This document shows positions 26,250 to 39,660 of a DNA stretch of 64,000 nt, piece by piece (position 1 is the stretch's first letter; each line of letters begins with the position of its first letter). Below the pieces are notes generated by a model. That model saw only the letters and a program-made list of their open reading frames with translations, was not told where the DNA came from and searched no databases. This DNA is from Octopus bimaculoides (Eukaryota), in the NCBI RefSeq assembly GCF_001194135.2, contig NC_068981.1, forward strand, positions 49,278,827 to 49,342,826, read 5' to 3'. Position numbers and translations under genes: made by a program.

Positions 26250-26265
26250 CTCTCTCACTCTCTTA

Positions 26266-26298
<33 letters not shown>

Positions 26299-26305
26299 AC
26301 TGACT

Positions 26306-26360
<55 letters not shown>
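26250..26360. repeat. Compound (CT)n/(CA)n/(TA)n microsatellite
   Basis: Directly visible. Confidence 0.95.
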
Positions 26361-26362
<2 letters not shown>

Positions 26363-29300
26363 TTGGTTGTATCCTCCAGGTAATTTTATTTTGCTTCATT
26401 GAGAATGTTAATGCTACGCTACTGATAAAGACGCAAATTATATCTATTTAAAGGTATTTGACAAATTTCACTTATATCTTATCGCCAAGAGCTAAAATAT
26501 ATCACTGAGTGCTTATCAATAATCAATATTGGCAGGTATCTAGTGTGACAGACGGCAGGAAACTGTTGCTAGAGTTGTGAATTATAACTGAATGTGCATT
26601 GCTTTAATCCATATTTCTAAAATTAATGGCAAAATAAGTTATGGAACGGTTGGTAATCATGATCAAGTAATTCCGTTACCATAATTATAATATCAGTTTC
26701 ATGGCCACTAAATATAGCTTAACTATATAATTCAGTGGTTACTTAGTTTCGATATACTTGATTTGCATCTTGTTACAATGTTATCTATTATGTTGCGCCT
26801 GAATCAATTTTTATAATATTCTTGTCATTGAAAAAAAAAATATTAATTTACGTAACAAATATATTTAACTATAGATTAATTTATAATGAGATTAAAACTG
26901 CAGTTTCATGTATTCTAAAGAGGCATATTCGTGACTAATTCAAAAGCTTTCAGTCTCGAAACCACATTTCGTTCCTTCGATTTTAAAAATCACAATTACA
27001 AGTATTATGATATATAATACAAATCTCAACTTGGAAATCAAATTCAATCCCCTTTCACAATGTCTACATCATATTACCTTTGTTTCTGTTTTTTTTTTAT
27101 GGCATCGAATGTGTGAATTACAAAATGATTGTTATAATTTGTATCAGTTATATCAGAAAAAGGAGGTAAAATATCTTTGATTCTCTGATAATACTTCGTG
27201 TTCACTTAATATAAATTGTGAGGTGTGCGTCTGCATGAGAATGAATAAGAATTATCGATAATCATTGTGACTTATTGGTAAGAAAATGTATTGATGAGAT
27301 CAGTAGAAACATGTTTAAATTTTAGATTGGAGTGGTATAATTATTGGCTTACAATTCCAGTAAGACAGAAAGAGTGGACGACGAGATTGTGAACGCTCGA
27401 TCACGGCATAAGAGATTTAATAAATGTGATACAGTCATGAATGTATAATTTACGTTAATGATCATTGTTCTTTTAAAGTAGTGTTCGTTTCGTAATCGTT
27501 TTGTAAATATGGACTAAAGAGTATTATTATATTTACAAAAATATATATGGTCAAGATAACATGGCTGGCTATCTGGAGAGTATCGTTCGTGAGTAGTTCG
27601 GAGTACATAAGACCATGCACTGGTTTAGATGCCAGGATATGGATTAAATGTGAAGCAAAGGAACGTGTGTACTAATTTGACAACCAAGTAATTACATGGC
27701 TCGATTGTAAGTCGCAACTGAATTGACTGGAAGGAAAATTTCCAAAGTCATTCGATAATCATTGCGTCAATTGGTGTACATGCTGATTGACATCGAAGTA
27801 TTTCTGTATACCTAATATGTTTCTATTTTCATTCTTCAGCAGATAAATTGGTGGAAATTCAGATTTTACATGTATAACATATATTAACATATATAGGATG
27901 CAATAGGAATAATGATTTTCGGAAAGCCATAATGCTTTATATAAATGAAATTTAATATTTCTCACTAATGGTGAAGAATTATTTCCATATTATTGTCTGA
28001 GAATGCATTTTTGCATAATGCAATTGGTTTAAATCTATACAAGAAATATGTGCTTTGATATACACACATTAACAAACAAACACACACACAACCACATGCA
28101 CATACGCACGCAGACACACATATATGTATATGTATGAATGTATGTATGTATAATCTCACATAATTACTTACGTATGTGCGTATATGTATGTTTATTTATG
28201 TATATATATATATGGCATATCTTAAGTTATAGATAATAAAAAGATTCATAAATAATTTGTAGCAGAATACGAGTTTCTTAAATTTTCTATTAGAAATGGA
28301 TTCACTGTGACTTTGAAACCGAAACTCCTAAGCCTCGGCTTCCTCACTTTTGTCAGACCACTTTATATTTTTGTGGAGTGGGGAGGGGGGTGTTGTGTAG
28401 ATTTTAGCAAGTTACTTTTGCTTTTGAGAAGGTACAGCTAAGAGAATTTATAAGTAGGTGTTTTGTAATTAGACCGGCGGAGTAGTTGTGCAAACATCTG
28501 AGATAGACGAGGATAAAATAAATGTTTCCAAGGTTTGTAGAGTTTGAACTGTTAGAAAGTTATTGAGGAGATATTATTTGGTTACTATAGAATTTTGTAA
28601 TTGTTTAATGTTCAGACAAATTCGGAGGTAAAGGTGAAACAGATGTGTTAAATTAAGGTCACATCATGCATTTATTAGAAATGTTTTTTTCATTTCTTTT
28701 AAGTTTTACAAAAGAAAGTTTATTGATAAATTACTTCGTCACTCATCATATCTGAAACTGAATTTGAATTGATTGTGCTTGCCTGATTCTATAACATCAG
28801 AACTGAAGGATAATATAGCAACATAAACTAGGAATTGAAAATAAAGTTAAAATATTTCATGACATCTAACAGCGAAAATTTATACCTTAAGTATTTTAAA
28901 AAATACCAAAACTCTTCTTTTTCAGTAATGTATGTGAATTACGGTTTTTGACTCGTGTCCTTGTTTTTCGTCTTATTTCCGGGCATTCCTCTTTGCGGAA
29001 TTTGTATAAAGTGACGTTTCTTGTATATGATTCAATCAACTCTAAAAATGATGAAAATTTGATTTGAATAACTCGCAAAAATTTAGAATCGTTATAGATA
29101 ACCCACTCATGGCACTATTTTTTTGTGATTGAATCATAAATAATATATTAATGATTAATTAATATTACGTTCATAACTTTTGCAGCTGAGAACATTTTTG
29201 ATACAAAACATTTGTAGTTTATTTAAAAGTTTTAGAAGATATATAATTGATAAATATGTATAAATTATATGGAAAGGCGAAAGACCTGATGAGAAAAATA

Positions 29301-31589
29301 TATTTAAATCACTCCGTTTTGTATTTGTGTTGGAAACACAAAATATGTTAGCTATGGCTAGATTTACATGAATACCAGCCTTTGTATTTTATATTTTATA
29401 TATGTCCTATATTTTTCTACTTAAATGTCAAGCGAGTGATAAAAATCAATATTTTCATACTCGTAAAAATCAAAGTGAGAAAATAATAAAATAAATCATA
29501 TGTCTGTCCAACAAATAAATGGATGTTAACTAAATACGAAAATCTCTACAATGTGTCAATATTTCATGGGCATTCTTCGTTTGTACAATTTTAATTTTTT
29601 TTTTAATTGATTCCCTGACATACGAAAAAGTGGCGTATTGTATTAACAGATGTAATGTTTCATTTTATATTTATTTCAAGCAATTTTGCTTGAAAGGCAG
29701 AGAAGTTACACTTTCTAATATAATGATGTTTTATTTTGCGCTCAGACATCATAAATAATATATGAGGAAACGTCTTCGAATATGGGTAACTCAGAATTAT
29801 AGTGAAATTATTAAAGGAATATTGAGTAACAGAGAACATAGTAGTTCGATAAAGAACTATGGAAACATAAGTATTTATATTCGAAACAGCACAAGTGAAA
29901 TATTATCACAATATTTGTCATTACTACGAAAACTATTTAAAACATGATATTCAACATGGTGTAAGCAAACATATCAGCATTCACCAACGTTAAATGTTAA
30001 TAGAAACATGCAATATAGTGTTTTGCAAATATGCCATGTTATTTATTGCGAATCAGTAGTTGCCATAATTACCCCACGCATATACCAAGCAGATGTTATC
30101 ATGTGGTGCTTCGCAAAAACTCGAATAAAATTTCGAAGTGATGCACTATTATTTCACATTCTCTTGCAAACAAATTTGTAAAGATTGTCTTATTAATTCG
30201 CAGCCTTGACACTCTAGCTACGTTACAGCTTTAGTATAGGATATACAGCCTGAAATGTAGCTGAAATATGTAGCAGACGTTCAGTACATTAAACAATAGA
30301 TCCATAACTATTATTAAAATCACATTGCATATGCTGTATATTGTGATTTGATTTTAAATAACAGCTGGTTGTCGGGACAATAGTCCCAGATCTAATCTAA
30401 CACGATGTAGTAGCAGCTATCATTGTTCCAGCAATGGGTTATTTAGCATGTACATTTATGGAAAAACAAACATGCATAAACCTTCGATGCCTTTCGAGCG
30501 CTTTCGAAAAGAAAAGGCTAAGGGAGTCAAGAAGCAAATTAAGGAGGAAGAAAGCCTCTCAGGCGGCTCAGACGGTCCAGTTCCCTGTTTAACGTCCTTC
30601 TTTTATTCGCTGTCGAGGTTGACGCCCCTAAAATGTTTTTTTTGAAAGCGCTCACATGGCAGCAAAGGTTTATGCTTGGATTTTACTCCATAAAATTGAA
30701 AGCTAATCAACCTATCATTACAACCCTAGCAGCTGGATTTGTCTAGGCCTATAAGGCAAATTCACTTGTAGGAAGGACACTCCAATGTAAAACCTACACC
30801 TTACTAGCCACCATAGCCGTCTTAGCCAGCTAATCTAATGTTGTCAGAGCTCCAAGTGTTGAAATTAGGAACGGGTTGTTGGAACTGATTCCCATTTAAA
30901 AAAAAAAACTACGCGCAGACAGGATGAAAGCTATGAAGCGCCAAGGATCAATTTACATAGCAATTTGGTGGTGTGCCACCGTTCTTCATCATGATCTTCA
31001 AACAAGAAAAAAACTGCCTTCATATGCTGGGAAATAATAATTGTTTGTGGTTTTCGTAGATGGTCAGGAAATTTGAGGTGAAGAGATTAATCGTTTCCGC
31101 TACTCATATTTTATTGTATCGAGGTTAAAAATCTGAAATGTTTTATTGATCTCAGGGGTTTTGCCACTTGGAGCATCAACCAATAGTACAAGTAACATAA
31201 GACTTTTTTTTCTAACACAATTCTACCAACTTGCTAATTCAATAATACTTGATATGTGTTTAAAACTTAGAGACACATGATTGGAACTGGAAGAGATAAT
31301 TCTTGTCTAATGTTCGAATATAATTATCAGTAATTAATAATCTCGTCTAAAATATTTTGCGTATGTGAGAAATCATGAAATTGTGAGAGAGCGATTCACT
31401 TCACATCCATTGGAGCTTGCTTTGGAATACGGTTTATACTACCTAGACAAGTGTGTTTCACAAAATTTTAAAATTTTCCCGTGTAGTATGTCTGAAAATA
31501 GTAGATGCACTTTATATAGAAGAGCATCCTAGACATGGACAAAAACACGCATAGGTATACAGTTATTTAGATCTCTATCAATGCATGAT

Positions 31590-31598
31590 ATGTGTGTG

Positions 31599-31633
<35 letters not shown>

Positions 31634-31650
31634 GTGTTTGTGTGTATGTT
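31590..31650. repeat. (TG)n microsatellite
   Basis: Directly visible. Confidence 0.95.
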
Positions 31651-34600
31651 AGCTGTACGTGCTGTGTATGTGTGCATACAAGCACGTAATCGTTATTGAG
31701 AAGGATAAAATATTACACGACGGCGAGTATATTCTTTTATATCTACTGAATTTGATCTTTCACAATTTGTAACTTAATATCTCACATTTCATTTCCTCAA
31801 TCAGTATAAGTAATGTTTAACAAAAATCCCTTATTTTGAGTATACGCCACGTTTAAAGTGAAGGTAATGTAAGTTATAAAATATAAATCATTAAATAATT
31901 TTATTATTCAAAGAATATGAATGATATATTATTACTAATGTGCATCGTGTGTAGGTACCATTATGCACACAAGATAAATTTTATGAATATTAGTTTAGTC
32001 AAATTTACCCATGGCTTATACTGTAAATACTTTGTCATGTATATATTGCATGGAAGTTGACCCTAAAACGGCGGAATATTCCTCAACAGAATGGATTGTC
32101 GCACTTCATAGACTCGTTTAGCTCACACAAACCTATGTTTTATTTATGGAATAGATGACGTTATGTACGTGATAGCATATGATAGTGTTGTACGTGGGGT
32201 AATTATGAAAACATGTAGGAAATAAAAGAAGGAATTGGGAAAAGTGTTCATAATGATTTAGCAACATTTAACGGTTTTGCATGTGATTCGTCATTTGAAA
32301 TCTAAGTGTAGAGGCAAAGCATTCCATTTTCTTTTAATTTTAGAATGTTTCATGTCGATGTTAATATATTTAATTCCTCCTACGAATGCATCTGCCTCCT
32401 ACTCATCGCTCATCTTTGCTTTCTAACGCAACTTCCCGTGAATGATGGATTTCTTATGAAGCAAAGTATTAGACTCCACAGGGATCCAGGAAGTTACATA
32501 AGGTTGCATTAATTTCTGCTCATACGAAATAGTATATTGCGTATAGAGATATGAAGGCGTCACTCTTTGATTCATAGATATTTTCAGTGACCCTTAAACA
32601 GATATATCCTCTCTCTAGAGAGGTATCTGATCGATGCACACACTCTCAATATAGAAGTAGGCGGTTTATCTACAATTTTAAAGGTGCTGCGATTTCATTG
32701 TTTGAACCATTATTGCGACCTAGGTAATTATAATTTACATTCACTGCATTACTATAAATATTGCTGCTAACAAACCACAATTGGTAAGCGGACGGCTATC
32801 AGAGTTAAGTATCATCTAAATTTATTAGCAGCTAAGTTCATAACGAACGGAAGAATTATCCGCGCAATATTGCTACTTCATCCTCCGTTAATTTTCACAG
32901 ATTTGATATATAACTATTATTTCTTAGAACCTGAATATACACAAAATGTTTTTAAAATAAGATTTTCATCGGATACATTTTTATTCGAGCATGGTGAAAA
33001 GATACATTTATGAACATTATAGATTAAAATTCTTCAGGTGATTGAAAATTGTTTATGTTTATGGTTTCGTCATTCAGTGTCGTGCATGAGTTGTGTTTTC
33101 CGGTGGTTGCACTCATGCAAAGATACTTGACTATTTTCGGGTAATAATGCATTAAAAACTTAAGTATTCATTGATTGAATTGTTTTAACGATTCATTATG
33201 ACTTGGAACATTTCGTGTCTCTTACTGCTATGCATTCTTCCTCCCGATACTTTCAGCTCTTTTATTTTGCAATATACCGGAAATGTGTTCATTGACTCGT
33301 GTTTCTCACGTATGCGTATGAGAGCCATTCGGAAGCCATTTTATTTTTTTACCGTGTACATTGCATCACTAAATCATAGATATTTTTCTCCAGTATTTAT
33401 GAGTAGTTGAATATCGGACTCTGCAGCTTTGACGTGTATTTTCTTCGCGCTCAAAATTAATTGCAAAATATATTTCACAACTAAGGAGTCTTTTCAACGA
33501 AGATATTAAAATATTGACGCGAAGTAGTCTACTCTGTAAAGCTGTATAAACCAGTTATTATACATATTAGCTTTACAATTCAATCAAATAAAGTTAGTAT
33601 TGTCACATATCCAACTTATCAAATTAAAAGTTGTTCCGATTCATAAGATAATAGAATTTCTCACATTAGCTCTCAAAGCTTTTAATTCACATTGCATAGA
33701 AACTATCAAACGTAGTTAAGAACCTGCTTAATTTTTTTTTTGTTATTTCAAAGTGGCAAAATGGTGCATGCAAAAAGTATTCTAGACTGTCGTATAAATT
33801 TAAGGATGCAGGTTGGTCTAACCAACATATAGGTAGGCGTAACGGTGTCCAATAGCAATTTTATCTTTAAAATAAGTGCATCTGCATCTACATATATTCA
33901 AATTTTCGCCTGAGCTTACTTGTAAATGAGGACTATGAAACTTACAAATGATTTTAGTGTCTTTTGAAGTCTACTGTGTCGCAATTTCCAATAAGAAAAA
34001 AGGATTCCAGCATTCATCACATCATATTAATGAAAATGTTCATTATTGTGTCATTGTAAATTCACTAGATATAAATATGAGTTATGTATGTGGGTATCTA
34101 GATTTGCAACGGATGATTGCATATCTTTGAGAAACTCAGTCTATGTGCGTGTGTATGTTTGTGTGTGTGTCTCTGTCTGTGTGTTGTATGTTTCTGTGTC
34201 AGTGTATTTATGTGTGTATTGTGTGTTCTTCATTGTAATTATTGATCTATTTCTTCAGTGTATTTGTTATAATGCAATTCATTTGTAGGGAAATTAAATA
34301 TTTTTTCTAAAGGTACTTCCCTTTTCTGTATTAGAACGCTCTTCCGTATAAGAAATAAAAGAAAATTCATCACCCCTTCTCGCGTGAGATTTGTGCATCC
34401 GTCAGCAATTTTGACATACAATCATCTCTTGGTTTACAGTCAGAGTTTTTTCCGACTGTCGACTGACACCATCAAGTAACATGCAATCTAGGGTACTGAC
34501 ATATCAACCTGCTAGAAAATTCCAAATGAAATATTTTATTCCCTAATCCGCCGTTTGGAAAACACTCACTTTCATTCTTTTTCATAAATGCATATACACA

Positions 34601-34720
34601 CACAAACATACATGTATATATTCATATAAAAATATACATATTTATGCACATATACACACGCGCAAGCTAGGGCATAAATATATGTGTGTGCGTATATATA
34701 TATGAGTATATATGAGAATA

Positions 34721-34892
34721 CAAAAAATGGGACGAGAATGCAACAGGCGACAGCAACACATCCATACACATGATACAAAAAAGACAAGAAAATCAAGGAC
34801 GCGTCATTCGGAATTTTTGTTTCGTCAGTCGAGTTCCAGATTGTCATTGCATTTTCGGCTAGTTATACTCGAGACTGCTCCAATCTGGCCAC
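34721..34892 (-). mobile_element. Interspersed repeat, probable Penelope pLTR/3' end with hammerhead-like motif; homologous to 42979-43170
   Basis: Both copies share CAAAATGGGAC..GGAC(GC/AT)GTCATTCGGA..CAGTCGAGxTCCAGATT..TTTCGGCT..CTCGA..TGCTCCAxTCTGGCCA. Confidence 0.7.
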
Positions 34893-34954
34893 ATCTGGAT
34901 ATGTAACATATCCTAAAGATATATTACATATCCATCAGGGAAAGGATATGTAAT

Positions 34955-35035
34955 ATGTCCTCCTCAAAAGAAATATTTGATGAGGCATCCCCCTAATATG
35001 AAAATACCCTATCTAACAAGGGCTTCAAATATGGG
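34955..35035 (+). mobile_element. Short Penelope RT C-terminal fragment
   Basis: SSKEIFDEASP*YENTLSNKGFKY parallels the same motif in the 45590-47905 copy (HAPYYNKALAASGF). Confidence 0.5.
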
Positions 35036-35699
35036 ATATATGGCTATACATAAAAAAATATGTAACTTAATGACCTTGACAACGAGAGGTTCAAATTTTA
35101 TACTATAATTTATGATGCGATTACTGGGTTAAACTTGGTTAAAGTTCATCTCTAGTAATTTTCATGTCAGAATACGACATGTTGCAAGTCAACAGATAAT
35201 ATCGCCCGGTGCAGAATGCATATACTGAAACTGCATTACATCTATACAATATCTATGTATATATTTGTTGGCGATATTTTAATTGCGTATATAATTTACG
35301 AACAACCAGCTAGTAATAATAATACGAAAAACACAACCAATTGTAAAGGTAGGATATAAGATTATTTTCGTGTATTCGATATTATTCTACGAGACATATA
35401 AGGATTAATGATATACCTTTCTAATCCGCATCATCTTCGTGAACAAACTCTTTTTTCTCTGATGTTGCTTTTAGTTTATCACTTAATATTTACTGACTTT
35501 TAAATTATGTAGCAACATAGTTTCTTTTTCATCTTTATTTATTACATATACCTCATTCATATATTTATGACGTTGATGCATTTCCTGCTGAACATGAATG
35601 AATCATGTCACTTTTTTGCGTTCATGTGGTGTATATCTCTTTCTCTCTCTATGTCCTTAATTCTCTCTCCCTATCCCCCTCTCTCAGTGTATATATATG

Positions 35700-35735
35700 T
35701 ATATGTAGGTATTTATGTATGTATATAATATATAT

Positions 35736-35808
<73 letters not shown>

Positions 35809-35880
35809 TGCACACACACACACATATATACATATATATTTACATACAAACACATTCATATATTCATATGTATGTGCATG
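35700..35880. repeat. Compound (TA)n/(CA)n microsatellite
   Basis: Directly visible. Confidence 0.95.
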
Positions 35881-38800
35881 TGTATATTTGTATGGGCATT
35901 GCTTTTTCTATTTTCCTTAAGAGGGGAATGAGGGAGAGAAAAAATGTATAATGCATTCACATATAATTATACATCTGCACACTCACATATGTCTGTGTGT
36001 CGCGTATATTAATACTTAGTGAGGAGCGTTAAGCAAATTGTTATTTATTACAATGTTAGATCTTTTGAGGAGGCTTCAAACGTAGTGGCTTAATTACAAG
36101 GCAAATGTTTGCTTTTCAATTCACTTCTAAATCTTTACTTCGTTAACCAACAATTGCAAGACTTTCAAGTAATACGTTATCAAAGAGAAAATACCCTTAG
36201 CATAACCTTTTAATGTTATCATTTATTTCTTTCATTTTCGTCCCAACTAGGAACCAATATTCACTATAAAGTATTTAAATACAAGACTGAATGTGTCAGT
36301 AATTCGACATATGAAATTACTGTTATACATTCTCTTTGGTTTCTCTATTACTACAAGCTTTTTTTGCAAAACATGTACACACACCCGAGTTCGCATTCAG
36401 AAACAGACTCACCCATAGAAAAGTTTATGCGAATAAATGATACGTGTTTGAACCTGTTTTGCCACATATACAATACGCAAAATGCATTAAGCTGCAAAAT
36501 ATTCGAAGGTTACCGTTCACATGTTCTAACCAAGAGACGGTTACAACCCAATATTTATAGGGCATTGTTTTAGTGTGCCTCCAGGTTCACTGTAACCAAA
36601 TAAGAAGGATTTCACTTTCACTCAAAAGCTTATATTTTCTCATGTCTATGTGCGTATGTGTTTTTTTTTTCACGTGCATGCATGCCTGCATCTGTGTGTA
36701 TGTATATAGGTATCCTCTCTCTCTCTCTCTCTCTCTCNNNNNNNNNNNNNNNNNNNNNNNNNNNNNNNNNNNNNNNNNNNNNNNNNNATATATACATACA
36801 TATAAGTACACGAAGAAAAAATCTGACTAGCGCATTCTGCAATGCTACATTCTATCATTATCGGTTGTTTAAGTTCTTGTATTCGTATATATTTACGTCA
36901 ATATGCAATGGATGAAATGTGAAGAATATTTCGGTGGACTTAAAATCTGATGACAAAGTGTCAGAGCAACCCCTATGATGCATTCCATCTGATAGTCTAA
37001 CGTTGCCACTTCATCGCGTTGCTTTCATGCTGGAATATAAATTTCGGTCTGTAATTATCCATTTGTTATAATATAATATGTTGTGCTTTGATTGTTAGAA
37101 TGAGAATTCGTTGAGCGTTCAATTTTCTGAGGTCATTATAATTGGTATTGATGCTTATTATACGATATTCTAGTTTAGATTCATATAACCATAATTTGTA
37201 GTTCTTACTGTTAAAAATTGTTTCGATATCTGTAGTTGGTGTAATTATATAGCTATGCCTTTTAGGGGTGCCTGAGTTGATTATGGCATCGGTTCTGTAT
37301 CAGTCGTTTTCACCCCAATGTAGCTTCATAGAATCGCTGTCCATATTTCTTTTATATATTCAGACGCTCTTGAGAAACTGACTGCGTCCAACTTCAGATG
37401 CATTGTGTTGGTAGAGGCCAACAGAGAAGCCTATGGTATGTGTCTTACAACATTATTTGTATTTAGGTGTGTATCTACAATTGATTTTAGAAATAAATTA
37501 TTAAAGCTGTCAATAAAGCGTTTTGTAAAATTGAGTAACTGGCTACACGGGATAGAGAAAGCGTTACTGAATTCCACGTGTGATATGTTTAAGATTTAGA
37601 GGCTTATGGTGCCTCAAATGTTGACTTGGCTCTATTCTGTGAGACTTCAGATGACGTCTGATTGTCTTTTTCTCATTGCTAATGCTTTCTGAAAGAAGCT
37701 AACATCTTCAAGTTTAGATTTATTTTTCTGCCCGGTAATTGTTATCTATTCTTTGCGTAGGGAATGTTTAATAATGCCACCTTTGTTGTTAAGGGTTACA
37801 CTCTTAAAAGCCAAACATAATAAGTTCGTGCAAGGTCATAGATATTGATATCTTAATTCATGTGAAGATAGTTTCACATTCCAAAGATATGATAATATTT
37901 TGAATGATCATGTTGCTTATACACATGATTTTAGATTTACTACTACTTAATACATTACAGATATTATGAAAGGAAAGGTGCTGTTGAACATCTTTACAGT
38001 TATACGGAATGTACGTTGAGTGATAGACATTCATGTAGATTATGCGTGTGGCACTGGGTTACAAATAATCTGGTTTATTGCTACATCATGTTCGAAGGGG
38101 CATTTAAGTGTTTTGATGGTATGTGTTTTCAGTAAGATATTAGTATTATTTTCCCAAGAGAAAGTGCTAAAAACGTTATTTTAACGTGATATATTTTATG
38201 ATAGATTCAGCGTTTTTGTTTGGAAATCAAACTGAAAACATGTCACTTTATGTTTCACCTGCTCCACGACGTAACCAAGAGAGCTCAGTGGAAGAAGATA
38301 TATAATTATGCTCTTATGACACTTGTGTGAAATGCAATTGAATGAAAGGAAATAGTCAATAATGTTAATGGTAAAGCGGAATAATATTGTTTATTTTAAG
38401 ATAACTCTGCGTAAAACGTTATTGGCATTTTGTTTTCTCCATTACTGGGCAAATGATTATAGGATACGCGAGATTTTCATAAACACACACAACACACACA
38501 TAGACGCACACACACACACATGAATATATCGGAATTTGTTCGAGTTACGTTGCAAATAACGAAGCTTGCGTGGAAGCTTTGGGGGTGAGACACACACACA
38601 ATACGCATATATTAACAAAAATGGCCCTCATATCATAAAGTATAACCATATACACAGTGTCAATGTATCTTACAAAATCAAACACCCTTTCAAAAATGAT
38701 CAACATGGAACTTAATATTCTCCCACAAAACAATACAAAATCCTGAATTCTACATACAAAATATAAACGGCCATTCGGTTAAGTAATCAGGCAAGAAAAT

Positions 38801-39284
38801 GTTTGAAGAATTTTAATTATATTTCTATTGCCAAGCGCAAAAATATTCCTTGCTGAAAATTCTATACCTTACAAACATTTCCTTTTACTCTTCTTGCGTA
38901 GATATCATCATAAATATTTATGCCCATTTCTATGTAAAATAATTTTATCTCAAGAATGTGCTGCATGGGTATCTCTTTTATATATTACACATACACACAC
39001 ACACTTACACACACAACACACACGCATGCACTCATATACACTCACATACACGTGCGTGTGGGGGGGGGCGTGTACGTGTCTGTATATTTATTATTTTAAA
39101 AAAGGAATAACGTGAGTAACTTCGGAGTTTTGGCAACCGCCTGCACCCGAGCACTCACACCACACACACGCACACACATACACACATACAAACACATACA
39201 CACACACGCGTGCACAAACACACACACATTAATATATATATTTCATAAGGCATAATATCCATATCAAAACCAGTAACTTTTGAC

Positions 39285-39660
39285 AAGATGGCCTTTCAGT
39301 TTGACCTGGACATGTGCAGTTTGTAAGAAGAAAAAAGTTTGCCTGCATATCTGAATGTGAGAAACGTCGACTTGGAGATTCTTACGTCAGTCACAAGACC
39401 TGAGACTCAATATGCAGCAGTTTAACCCAGTTTCCACGGTTTAGCAGAGACAGAGGTTGCAACGATCCTTTTGAACAGGAGGTGTACCATTGCAGGTTTA
39501 AATTTCCTTGCTACTGCTGTAACTTGTTTACCTTATGGTGAACTGGAGCAACGTGAGATAATTTTTTTTACTGAAGAACGCAACATATCACCCGATCATG
39601 GGATAGAAACAATAATGTTACGATCGGGAGTGCAACACACCAACTAATGGACCATGCGCA
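39285..39660 (-). mobile_element. Old tRNA-derived CORE/Meta-like SINE
   Basis: Minus-strand head GCGCATGGTCCATTAGTTGGTGTGTTGCACTCCCGATCGTAAC, and body ATCTCACGTTGCTCCAGTTCACC. Confidence 0.7.

Noticed and set aside
27499-27540. 12-bp perfect inverted repeat TTTTGTAAATAT/ATATTTACAAAA
   Set aside because: Almost pure A/T and plausible by chance in this base composition.
30400-31080. GC-richer unique stretch with short ORFs and an 18-nt microexon-like signal
   Set aside because: No coherent ORF, motif or repeat identity could be supported.
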